Shown here piece after piece: positions 37,001 to 47,646 of a stretch of 64,000 nt of DNA. A model generated the notes under the pieces. That model was not told the origin of the DNA, did not search any database, and was given only the letters and a program-made list of their open reading frames with translations. This stretch comes from Balanoglossus misakiensis (lineage: Eukaryota; Animalia; Hemichordata). How positions within the stretch are numbered: the first letter of the stretch is position 1; each line of letters starts with the position of its first letter. The DNA is taken from assembly GCA_040954595.2 (NCBI GenBank), contig CM082582.2, positions 10,345,483-10,409,482 of the forward strand. The letters are read 5' to 3'. A program made the translations under genes and the position numbers.

Positions 37001-39501
37001 CCGCCTCACATTTCCTGTTTTTGTAAACCAACTCTGCGGGCGCTGTTCCCCCTCCCCTTTGGGGATTTGGGGAGGGTGCATTCACAATATGATTTGTTTG
37101 CCTTGTTTTGAAGTCACGGATGACACCGCCCGACCAAATGACGTGATGCCACAACTCTCTCACATTTAAAAACTCAACCTGGTCTATCACACAAAGTTTT
37201 ATTAAGTACTAGTATCTCTAAGTCACTCACTAATTGAACTGTAGAGCGAATGGGTTTCATTCATCATATACATGTACTGTGAAAATGACCCTAGTAGTGA
37301 GTAGTGCTTACCTTGTTGAAGAAAATGTGCGAATTTCTAGCTGGCCATTTTCGGGAGCGCTCGGCGTATTCCGAATGCATAGATTAACTGTATTTTGGTC
37401 GTCTGTGAAAATACAATACATAGCAGTGAAACTTTTACAGGTCAAAGTTAAATCTGTTCACATTTAAGATGTCAAAGTATTGGCAACTTTTTAAAAACTG
37501 TCCCTTATACAACAATTTGCTCTAAATGAATCTTGGTTGATTGGATGGGGAGCCCAAACTTCACTATGTCAAACAGATGAAAAAATTTATAAAAACAAAG
37601 AACTATGATGATATTTCCCGTAGAGGGCGGTTTCACGAATAGCATGAGCAAACTTTAATACCATAGTTATAGTTGCATCACAGTCCCTCTAACTACATTT
37701 GTAGACTGTATACACATTAGCTGGACTGTGTATATAATATATATTATATACATGTGTATATATAGGCCCGGGAGTAATAGGTCTATGGTATAAACAATTA
37801 TGAATCGCATTTTTCGGTTGGTGAGGGGGGTAACATCCCTTCCAAGTATTCAAAAACCAGTGTATACTGGATTTCGTCGTTTGGTGACCTTCGAATAGCG
37901 TCAGTGTAATGGTAGCACGTGATAATTCCACCGTCTCCACAGTAACGTCACGGTGCACCAAATACGAGTATTTCCTCGCACGTAAAAATGTTGATCAACA
38001 GGGCCGGTCAGTGTCACCTGCGATTCGCAAGAATCACGAGGCCCAGATTCGCGTCCGACTTGGCACGGCCGCTGGTTTTTGTCCAAATTCCTGACACCTA
38101 AACCGAAGACACGCAACTGGAAATTTTACCGCAATTTATTTTGGTAGTTCCAAAATTGATCGTACCTACGTGATGAATTCCCTCGCTAACCATGCTAATT
38201 TTCCATATCATGCAGCATATATTTCAAAAATACGCGTTCTAGTAATTTCCACAGTACAAAATCAGAAGACGGGATATGGGGATGTAGATGACGCACTTTT
38301 ATGAGCAAATATTGATAAATGTTTACAGGCTACAGGTCTCAGCGAACCCAGGGTCATCTTATGCATCAGAACCGGTTTTCCGCGAAAGGGTTATCATTCC
38401 GCTGATAGCCGAGTTTGTAAAACCGCCTGAAAGATTCTGAATAGGAAAACTGGCATCTCTTCTGTGGTCCGTCAGAATCGATCCATTTGCTTCAAAATGG
38501 CGTACAAGCAGATCATTTTACAACCAGTCGTCCGTAGTGATATATATACTCTGTTCTTTATTCAACCCGATCGATTCTTATGGTAGGTGATTACATTTTG
38601 GAGTATAGCAGTGAGCAGATTTTTTTAACCCTTGAAGAATTTGGGCGATGAAAAATCGAGAAATGCCCGTTCGGCCTTCTTTGACCTTGCATATAATTGC
38701 ACTGCGTGTTTAGAAGACACAGACTCTATCTACGCATCATTGCACTATGGCGGGGCAGCATTATCTTCACACAGAACCGACGTAAAACACGACCTCTTGT
38801 ATTAATTCCACTGACATGGGTAAATTACTTACCACGTGATGTCGTCTGTTCCTCACTCGGTGAAGGGGTCACCGCGCTAAATGTTGGAAGACGAGCTGTA
38901 AACAGACAGAGATTTTTTTATCAGACAGAAATTCTGGAAAATAGCCAGACAAAATACGCAACAGAATGTAATATAGAGATAACACGGCTCTAGCAACTGA
39001 AATTTATACTTACGTATTGGCACGGCCCTTCTTTCTCGCCGAAGGACTCTGTATAGAAAAGAGAAAAGTTGTCAAATTAACAGAAAACAGCTAGGACTGG
39101 TCATGACATCCCGTGAAACATAACGCGGCTGTGTAAATGGTCGATTAGAGCACGTACAGCGCTTAAAAATCTCGCCCCCTTCTGATATAGCCCACAGTGA
39201 CTATAGAACTTTTCTCAGACTTTTTCAGTCACCACTTGTGTGTGTCTGCTTTAGATTGAAATTGTTACCTCGAGCAGCCTGTACGATTTGTTTGAATTGC
39301 AACGTAAATCTGCCGATTGAATGGTTAATTTAGTTTCAACTTATGAAAGTGCAATTGTGCAAGATTTAAAAAAGTAAACGTTAAAAAGCAAGATTTGACT
39401 TACCCGTCGCTTTCCTCTAAAGTCAGCACGCCGGAGACGATGATATGTAGAAGAAACCATAGATAACTTGTGCGAAGTACTGAGACACTAATCAGTGCCA
39501 T
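12403..39501 (-). CDS. Very large secreted gel-forming mucin / hemocytin(hemolectin)-like VWD protein, about 59 exons, about 4,700 aa
   Basis: ATG at 39501 opens a signal peptide ([27 protein letters not shown]). A chain of GT-AG exons continues to the TAG at 12403-12405. Domains recognised from Cys patterns and motifs: 4 Sushi-like, 3 EGF, 1 C-type lectin, 5 VWD-C8-TIL assemblies, 5 CysD, PTS regions, LDLa, VWC repeats and a C-terminal cystine knot. Confidence 0.9.
16401..21260 (-). CDS. Mucin TIL/VWC-like, LDL-receptor class A, VWD4 and VWD5 assemblies
   Basis: LDLa CPSDMFQC...[23 protein letters not shown] (about 20185-20315). Degenerate D4 [14 protein letters not shown]...QGMCG. D5 [14 protein letters not shown]...TEGLCG. 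C8 and TIL follow each. Confidence 0.85.
21426..26233 (-). CDS. Mucin central region: five PTS + CysD (WxxW) exons (25524-26233, 24939-25406, 24156-24812, 22514-24046, 21426-22334)
   Basis: Thr/Pro/Ser-rich stretches each lead into a CysD: [35 protein letters not shown] ...GD.E....LR..Y.FC....I.CR......GL.C.N..Q...C.DYEV...C. Confidence 0.9.
22891..23931 (-). repeat. Coding tandem repeat, 81-bp unit x about 13, encoding [27 protein letters not shown]
   Basis: The anchor ggactgg recurs every 81 nt from 22948 to 23920 (12 intervals). Copies are nearly identical. Confidence 0.97.
26441..32596 (-). CDS. Mucin VWD1-VWD2-D'-VWD3 assemblies (VWD, C8, TIL, E modules)
   Basis: [14 protein letters not shown]...TCGLCG (D1); [14 protein letters not shown]...TCGLCG (D2); [14 protein letters not shown]...VTGLCGN (D3). 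C8 [24 protein letters not shown], plus several TIL units. Confidence 0.9.
32841..33658 (-). CDS. Mucin C-type lectin domain exons (33241-33658, 32841-32920)
   Basis: PWNQANKYC...AHLAIL...YWVG...YLWLNGS....SWSPDQPNN...EDQDCCQLW...[16 protein letters not shown] matches the CTLD consensus. Confidence 0.85.
33968..37402 (-). CDS. Mucin N-terminal Sushi/CCP-like and EGF exons (37312-37402, 36751-36872, 36116-36217, 35900-35978, 35548-35669, 35291-35372, 34923-35041, 34598-34693, 34316-34438, 33968-34153)
   Basis: EGF patterns: [56 protein letters not shown] and [12 protein letters not shown]...[12 protein letters not shown]. Sushi-like units follow C..P.P.NG...C..GY/F.....C....W.....P.C. Phases are consistent throughout. 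Confidence 0.8.
36390..36535 (+). repeat. Dispersed repeat fragment, related copy at about 44305-44445
   Basis: gttaccatggaaaagtgagatatagccaatcaca...cccttctgaacata versus gttaccatataaagttgagatctaaccaatcaca...cccttttgaccata, in the same order and orientation. Confidence 0.45.
38833..39501 (-). CDS. Mucin exons 1-3 (39404-39501, 39014-39048, 38833-38895): signal peptide, RERR proprotein-convertase site, short S/T/P linker
   Basis: The joined frame reads [65 protein letters not shown]. Donors are gtaagt and the phases match (2, 1, 1). Confidence 0.75.
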
Positions 39502-39716
39502 TATTCAGTTGTTGAGCGATCAAATTAAACTTTTTTTACCGTGGTCGAAACTCGTCGGAAGTTTTAAAGCTTAGAAAAAATGTTACTTAAAAGTTACGAC
39601 TTGTAGCTAAGGCCTAATGGTTTACAGGGCAATTTATGTGTTTTAAATAAGAGATAAATAAGACTATGTGGCTAATCTTGCCACTAAGCAATTAAAGATT
39701 CATTGCGGCGCAAGGG

Positions 39717-39783
39717 TTTATATACCGACTGTCGGCAGCTACGCCCGGAGTTTTCGGAAACTCACCTGGACAGCTCGACCAAT
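39717..39783 (-). promoter_or_regulatory. Putative core promoter of the mucin gene (TATA and CCAAT)
   Basis: TATATAAA on the minus strand at 39717-39724, about 215 nt upstream of the ATG. CCAAT at 39779-39783. Confidence 0.5.
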
Positions 39784-41212
39784 CAGATCGCTGGATGGGA
39801 CTTGTCACCTTGGTGACGGAATGGTTATTTGAATATGTTGATTTATTTTGACAAATATAGCAAGGCTGAACATGACAAACCCTTGTTCTCGGAAACTCTC
39901 CGAATACCGGAATTACTTATCCGAAAGGGTGCACGTCACTTAAAGATTCCTCGCTTCCGGAGCAATTCGCGCTATTGCTCAAGAAATAACATATATTAAA
40001 CGCGATCGTTTCCGCATTGTGGCGATCGAAGTAGAACACGCTAAGCTTCTAACTGATACACAGGTATTTTATTGTAATGGCAGAAATCGTTACAATGATA
40101 GGCGAATCCTATTTTTTCTTCTGGAAAACCTTCAGTGTTTTGCGATCAACACAGTCTATCTAAAGAATACTTCCACCGTCGGATTATAGCTGCAGAACGT
40201 CACGTCACGTGCACACGAATTTGTTTACAATAAACTGAACGCTGACACGACGTGCGACACGTATCGGAATTTCAAGACCATAAAGGCATATCAAGGTAAA
40301 AAAAGAATAATTCACGGTAGTTTTTCTTTAAAACCTTGTGGAGTGTATGCATTTGCCAAACACTCAAATGCACGCTCTGAGCGGATTTTCCCGAACTGAC
40401 ATTGATCAGCGGTTCATGAGTAAGGTGAACGACCTTGTATGACAAAATAACATGGTAGCTAGTAATCACAGAACGTTTTAAGAAAACAAATTCATTGCAT
40501 CGATGGACTATATCCTATCTTTGTATTTTCTCGAGCATGTAACTCTTTCCTCTATACATGTAATAGCGACTCGCGGGCTGTGACTACAATCCGATGACTC
40601 CCAAATTCACGTGCCGGAAACTTCGAAGTTCTTTCCATAGCGACAGTGTTGCGTAGAAACAAGGAAGTCTTAACCCCACCCCAGCTCACGTGGTATGTTT
40701 GAACTTGACACTGAGAGAGACCGTGAATAAACCAATCTCGTCCGAGTTTCCAAGTACACATGTACACATTTCTCACGTCCCTTTTTCAAGTATCAGTAAA
40801 CTCCGGTTTGATACCCTTTGATAATTGTGGTGCTGATTACTAATACAGTACTACTAATCCATTACTCCGGAATAGGCAGTGCCAGGCTCCGGTTTGAACG
40901 AAACACTCTCATTGCAATTAGCTGCTTCAGTCGTGATCTCGGTTTTAATGGACACATCCGCAGTGGTACCTGGCACACGGGCAATATACAGGGCGTGTCA
41001 CGTACAAGAAAGCGAAAGTGACAGTCCGTGCCCACGTGGCCTTGTTGGTGTCGCATATTCAGGGCGCACATTGTTACCTCACGATATTTCTTATCGTAGA
41101 CCAGGTGGTAGCCCCCACAAAATGTATATTTTCACAAGGCTGAGTGTCTGAGCTTTACTTCGTGTGGCCAATTATCATAGTGAACAGAGAGACATGACTG
41201 ATCTTGGTGTAG

Positions 41213-41213
41213 G

Positions 41214-41242
<29 letters not shown>
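41213..41242. repeat. (GTT)n microsatellite
   Basis: About 10 GTT units. Confidence 0.95.
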
Positions 41243-41244
<2 letters not shown>

Positions 41245-44200
41245 CGTCTTATAAATTCGGCGCCTTCATGCCTTGTCATAGATATGGAATTCTAGTAATT
41301 ATAGTGTTCTTTTCATTTTATTTAGCCTACAGCGTCAACAATGTGACTGAAACAAGAAATTAGTTTCAAGATATATCAAATCAGACCAAGTTAAACACAT
41401 AGCAATTATAACACTAATGGATTCGGAGAATTCAAAATACTGTGTTACAGAACCCTGTTGAGTTTAAACACTTTTGTTGATTTTAGAGATAATTACTTTC
41501 AATAACTTTCGTTCATTTTTTTCGGGTAATCGATTCGAGAGGAAATTGCTCTTACGAGCGAATGTGGGTGGTCATACGCGCTAGGGGGTGACGGCTGACC
41601 ACGGGTCCAATTATCACGGCCGTGCCCCTGTCAACCAAAAATAGAAATAGAATGATTTATGTTTTCCTCCTGAAATGACGTCATCGTGTCACTTTTTCGC
41701 AAAGGACTGCAAAAAGTAGGCTGGCATACGGGCATTCCACAAGGAAAGTGTATACTTGTTCACAAAGCAAGTAATAGCACAAGACAAAGTCTCTTTCCGC
41801 AAGAGGTGTTTGCGTTGGCCAATCGTCAAAAAGACACTTGCGCGTACACATTTGTCATAAAGAAAAGGATATTTTATTCCCTGCATGACATTTCACTTTT
41901 CACGCACTGCCATGCATGGTAAAAAAATCCCATGCTAGACATAGTACATTGTATGAGTTTATCTTCTGTTCAAACAGCCCAGTGTATGTGATATGCACTG
42001 GGCGCATTTCATGAGTCACCGTATACGCTTTCCTCTGATCGTGAATTTCGACTTGGCGGCGGAAACGGTTTTTACTTGGTAATTCATCAGAACGCTGTCT
42101 TTGAGTTTGCGAAGCCGGCGATCGTTGAACTCGAAATAGAACACCGTACGTCGTACCACAGCTGGAAACATTCCCTTGCAATCCGACCCGACGCGAAATT
42201 AGACGTCGGACACTTTCGCCGAGTGGTGGCGTTTTACCTAAACTCGCGACTTCATTCGTGGAAAACCGGATACTCGCATCCACTAGTTTGTCGGTGTTAT
42301 TACATGCCTTTTAGTCTGAGAACAAATGCGCTAAAATAAGAAAGACATTCAATATATCCACTGGTTTATTCCTTTTAAACTGTTTCACGCTTCGACAAGC
42401 TTGTCTCTGTATACTGTTACCAAACGCTGGGGCTACGGTCTATTTGATACCAACCCTGGTGAAATTGTATCTCGTAATATTTCCATAAACAAGGAGACCT
42501 TGCACGGCCTGAACAATACATATCGGTCGATAGGTTAATTTTAGCATCATTAGAGAGTGGGGAAACTCCGCGGGGGCACACACGTCCGGCTACTGACTCT
42601 TTCGTAGAAAAAATGGCGTAGTCATAGCTAGTTTAGTTTAGCTTGATTTGGTTGCTTATAGATGGCAAACTAAGTTCAAATAATCCCCTGGCCAAAACAC
42701 CCGCCAAAGTTTAATAAGCCCATGTCCATGTTACTGTTTTATTTTGAAGTCAATACTTAAAAAAATAAATTGTCTGTAATGCCACCAAGACGCGAAGATG
42801 CGTCCTGTACTTTCGTTGGTAATAAAACAGCGAATATTATTGAGAATTGTGCGGATTTGCGGGGTGTGCTCGTTCATTTACATGGATGACGTCATAATTC
42901 ACTCGAGATGTATAAGCCCTTTAGGCCAGGATAATTAAGTATAATCGCTATTTTACGTCCACTCAAAATTTTGAAAGTTTGACTGTACGAGTGATGTACA
43001 TGTACGTCACAACTAAGCTTACCATTTTGTGAGGACGCGTCCGCCACACAAACACACACTGCCTCTGGAGGATTTTCAACTTAAGATTAACAGATATTGT
43101 CAATTTAATCTCATCAACTTCTAATACGTAGTCTTTGAAGATCATAAAAGATTACCTTATGGAAAGTAACGTAATGCTTACTCGATTAGAGTTTTGGAAA
43201 CATTCAATATTTATTTCCGGGTCTTCCCAACAAGCTAGCAGATTTTTTCTCGGGTAAAATTAGTTAGAAACGTGTAAATATTGATCATATAATAGTTAGT
43301 GCTAATTCGCGTCATGGGTACAAGGACATCCTTCAGTTGACAGGGGCGCAGATTGTATCTGGGGAAACTGACTCTGTTTGTGGAATTGTAGTTTTGTTAA
43401 TCAATTATCCAAACCCTGAACTCCAAAAGTATATAATTCTTAAAGCCCAGATATAGGGAATCCGATCGTGCACAATGCACAACCATGATTTATACAGTGG
43501 TCACGTGACAAATGATACAGTTTGCGCTAAAGGGTACGTCTGTTCGTCAGTACATCTGTCATCTATCTTATAAAATACTCAGTGTATGTAAGAGATTATC
43601 TTCTCTGAATATGCAATGACTGAAATGTTTGAAACGGTGTACCTGGGAAGTGACTTCGATCGTTTTCGCAGAGATCTCTACGGGAAAGCTGTGTTCGAAT
43701 GAAAACATATCCGTTGTAATTACATTTCACAGTTTATACACCGCCTCGGGCTTAAATTTAGTTTTTTTTTGCCCGGTACGATTAAGTTTGCTCCAGTAAG
43801 TTTAAATAATGCGGTAAACGTGTCAGTTACCACTGCCCCCTCCTTTCTGGCCAAGTGTGCTTCGTGGAAATCATAGTTCATAGACCTTGAAAAAACTTGG
43901 TAAAAGTAATCCAGCGCGCTATGCTCACTCACAAAACTACCCCGGTGTTTACAGAGGCTTTCGGTGCAATATGTACCTAGTATTCTTTACGCGTCACCAA
44001 ACAGTTGTAAAAAAATTCGTCACGACATGATGCCTGAAGGTCAAGATAAAAACATACATGTTCAAGTGCACGTCTTAAAACTGACCAACCCTGAAATTGC
44101 GATTTTTTTTACATATCTGACTGTCAGAAATAAACGAACCATATACACAGAACTTGAAAAGGGCTTTGCTTTTATTGGGGCGAAAATGCATTTACACATG

Positions 44201-45095
44201 TAGTTAATGTCTGTCCAGTTTTCGAATTTCTAATGTCTATACTTTTATTAACACTTTGTACTCGAGAACCATGTATATACTTTATACACTTTGTATTTAG
44301 TCAAGGTTACCATATAAAGTTGAGATCTAACCAATCACATGCATGTCATTTCGGATAGCCAAGCGACAAAATTGCGCCACTACATGGTAATTAGAAGAAT
44401 TAGACACGCCCTTTTGACCATAATACATGGCATCATTATGTAAATTAGATTAATTATACTTTACTCGATCGTACTAGTTCAGGGGCGGGTTGTTTGAATG
44501 TGAAAGCATCACAATGAGAGAAAAATACAGTGGCTTTAAAAGCGACATAATTGCGAGTATGACACACGAAATCGTTAAAATATGGCCTTTTTATTAAAAC
44601 ATGTGAAATATTTTCAGCAACCGGAGCCCATGACATTGTGACAATGCGTTGTTTCTTTGTACCACATTCTAAGCTTTTTTAATATAACATATTCTGGTTT
44701 GGTGTGTTTATAAACAGAAAAGTCGCACAAGAAAGGGACTGTGGTCTGTGTATAAGCAAAGTTATATTGGACTGCCCTAAGTTTTCTCTTCAAGTAGAAT
44801 AAAGTTAAGACTGAGACAACCTCAAGACAACGACATCGAGCTTACAGGACCTAGCTATACCTGTTCGATAGCATGCAAGTTTAATATTATTGCTGGATGG
44901 TCGGTGTCTAAACATTGATAGTTAAATAAAACTAATTCTGGTAATAAAAGGACCATATTTTAGCATTCAGCAGTTTCTCTTCACGTGGACGCAAACACGC
45001 ACGGGACTTCGTTCATAACGGCACAGTCAACGGGTTGTTTCTTTGGCGTTTGCAACAACTGTGGCTGGAAGAATTCTTCTCTTGTTTTCTCCTCT

Positions 45096-46503
45096 CTATT
45101 TCTTGTCAAACATGTTCGAATACAGATAATTGAATATTCTGAAGACTTTCACTGTGAAATAATCGGTCGTCTTTCTTGAGCGCTTACCGAAGCGTATGGC
45201 TGGGTTGATGGGTCTTCGTCCTGGAAAGAAAATGGAGGCTCCCGTCACTAACAGTTATATTTGAATTCTTTTTTTATTTTTTTGGAGGGGGCATTTCTCA
45301 TCGCTTGATTAATCCACCCCACACATCTTCCTCTAAAATATGTAGAAAAGGTAAAAAGTCAACAAACACCGACCGCCAACCATCTTCCACCCCCGCGTAC
45401 TCGCCCACATCAACCCATACATCATCATCAACAACAACAACAACAACAACAAGGTCCTGCAGTGTACACTGCCGCCAACCTGGCGCGGAAATATCGGACC
45501 AGTTGACTAAAGTGATCAACTGATAAGTTGTCTACACCGTAGAGACGATAGACGATACTTTGTTGAGACTAGGTTTAATACTGTCCCGTGGTACTGCTTA
45601 GTGCCTTCAGCCATAATTCTCTGATCCGATCAGATCAATTCAAACCGCCTGAACTTCGACAATTCTCGGCTCGCCTCGGGTCAAACTGGAATCTCATATT
45701 CGCATAATCGTCATCGTTATTATGAATATTTGATCATCACGTTATGCGATTAGAACTAAAAACTGCGGATCTTCCGCTCATGTAGCTCAAATATCGATGT
45801 GCAAATCAAAGTCTTCCTATCTGTGCAAGACCTCGATCAACCACGAGTCAGTCTACCTTCCGGGTTGAAAAGGGGATACTTAACATAAAAAGTTAAATTT
45901 GCATAAAATTCATCATGAAAAACACTGCAAACTGAAACACCACTTCTATCGACAATTTAACCATATGTTGGTATTAAATGTGACCGTGAGTAGCTTCATT
46001 TGATCGAAAAAAAAGAACTTTTAATTTTAAAGTAGGGTCAACGTTTAGTATGTAATCTGGCGAAAAATCACCCAAGAAACTTACGTAAAGTTACCATTTT
46101 AATCTAGATATGTACAGTTAATCGCGATTAGTGTAATTCAACCTGTACGTTTTTCTTATATTCGGTTAATTTTAGTATGCTGTGACAATACCACAAGCCA
46201 AATTTCAGACAAGGCGAACCTCCAGTTTAATCGGGCAGAATCCAAAATGGCCGCCATGTCCAAAATGGCCGCCATGTTCATGTAGACGGTCACTGACTTA
46301 CTTGGTGGTCCCAGGTCTCGAATGGTGCTCTTGGAAGGTTGCAAGTCTTTTGTTTTCGTGATGGCGGTGGCACACAGCTGCCTTAGATACATGGGGAGAA
46401 CGGACATGTGGCAGGCTTCCAGGTTGCTATGGACCACACGCGAGAGGAAAACTACCGTCAGCGCCGAAACGCACAGGCATGTCACCAGGTACGTTGATTT
46501 CAT
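45096..46503 (-). CDS. Putative RFamide neuropeptide precursor, 108 aa; coding exons 46302-46503 and 45096-45220
   Basis: The exon begins ttttcag|ATG and encodes signal peptide MKSTYLVTCLCVSALTVVFLSRVVHS, then NLEACHMSVLPMYLRQLCATAI...IRDLGPP. A phase-1 donor a|gtaagt at 46301 joins the acceptor ttctttccag at 45221 in phase 1, giving RRRPINPAIRFGKR...FDKK*. GKR is the amidation and cleavage signal. Minus-strand AATAAA at 44590-44595. Confidence 0.75.
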
Positions 46504-47632
46504 CTGAAAACAACAACAGAACCAACAAATGGGTCCATGTATGTTTTGAACGCAGATAAGTGAATTGGGTAAAAACGAAAGTAATTAAAATATGACGCAA
46601 TGACAGAAAAAATCAACACAATTTGTCATGACATGACTCTCATTTTTGGGTCAGACTCAGACATCTAAAGAGTCGAAGAAACGAGTCTTATGAAGGTTCC
46701 GAAGGGTTTCGTGAAGTGGTTTAAACCATGTGAAAGAAACATGCTGAATAAAAGTCTAACAAGCTAATTATCTAATATTCCTGCTTGGTAAGATTACTTG
46801 ACTGACTTAGTCAAAGCAGGGTTAGTCACCTTTACAACAATACCCCCTCCCATTGGCAGGTTTTGTGAAAATTTCAAGAAAGTGACAACAACTTTGTAAC
46901 ACTGTTTTCTCTCAAAATTATACAAGACTATGGAATGTGATAATCATGCGCTGCATCTGGGTAGTCCACAAGAATCTTTCACACACTTTTGACTTGTTGA
47001 GAAGCGTACAACTGGGCATCGAAACAAAATTACGCAGGTCGAAGCGAAAGCTCTGTAGCGAGAAAAAGAAAAGTGTTTCCGCCTTACGAGCTTTCCACTG
47101 TTACGTGGCAAGGTTGGCATGGTGATAGCGGATTATCATTTTTATGTAAATAAGTTATTAATCCTGCGAGATGATGTTAAATATTTAGAAGTAAGGCGTC
47201 AACTTTCTGTTATATTGGGTGGGTCGGAGTAATTGTGGAGATCACGTTTCACAAATCGATCCGGCGGGGCCAGATATTTTCCAACCCATGCAGTCGGGGG
47301 TGGAGTCATTCTGAAATCGCACTGAACAATTATGCCGAAATTTCACAAATCTAGATAACTTCACGCAGCTTTTAATATATCTACCCAAAAATTGTTGACA
47401 AAATGAACAATATTGTCGTGACGTGGAAATTGGTGAAAGCGTGAAAGCATGGGATCGAAGGGGTGGAAAGAAAAAAAGAAGAAAGAAGTTGAAGATTTCG
47501 ATAAGTTAGAAGATATGGTGACAGTTTATAGTTACTGTGGTTTTGTTGTTAGGTTTGCAAGTTTGTGCTATACTCCTGCGTGACAGAAAGATTGTCAATC
47601 CGTCGTCTGGGTGGGGTTGCCATTGAAATACA

Positions 47633-47646
47633 CCGCTAGAGGGCAG
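47633..47646 (+). promoter_or_regulatory. CTCF-like motif
   Basis: CCGCTAGAGGGCAG matches the CTCF core consensus CC(A/G)C(C/T)AG(A/G)(G/T)GGC(A/G)(C/G). Confidence 0.4.

Noticed and set aside
45181-45190. Donor-like cg|gtaagc within the RFGKR codons, suggesting a third coding exon
   Set aside because: No matching downstream exon was found, and read-through already gives GKR plus a stop. It cannot be fully excluded without RNA data.
46156-46301. C-terminal part of the 115-aa ORF 46156-46503
   Set aside because: It is read-through into an intron after the consensus donor gtaagt at 46301.
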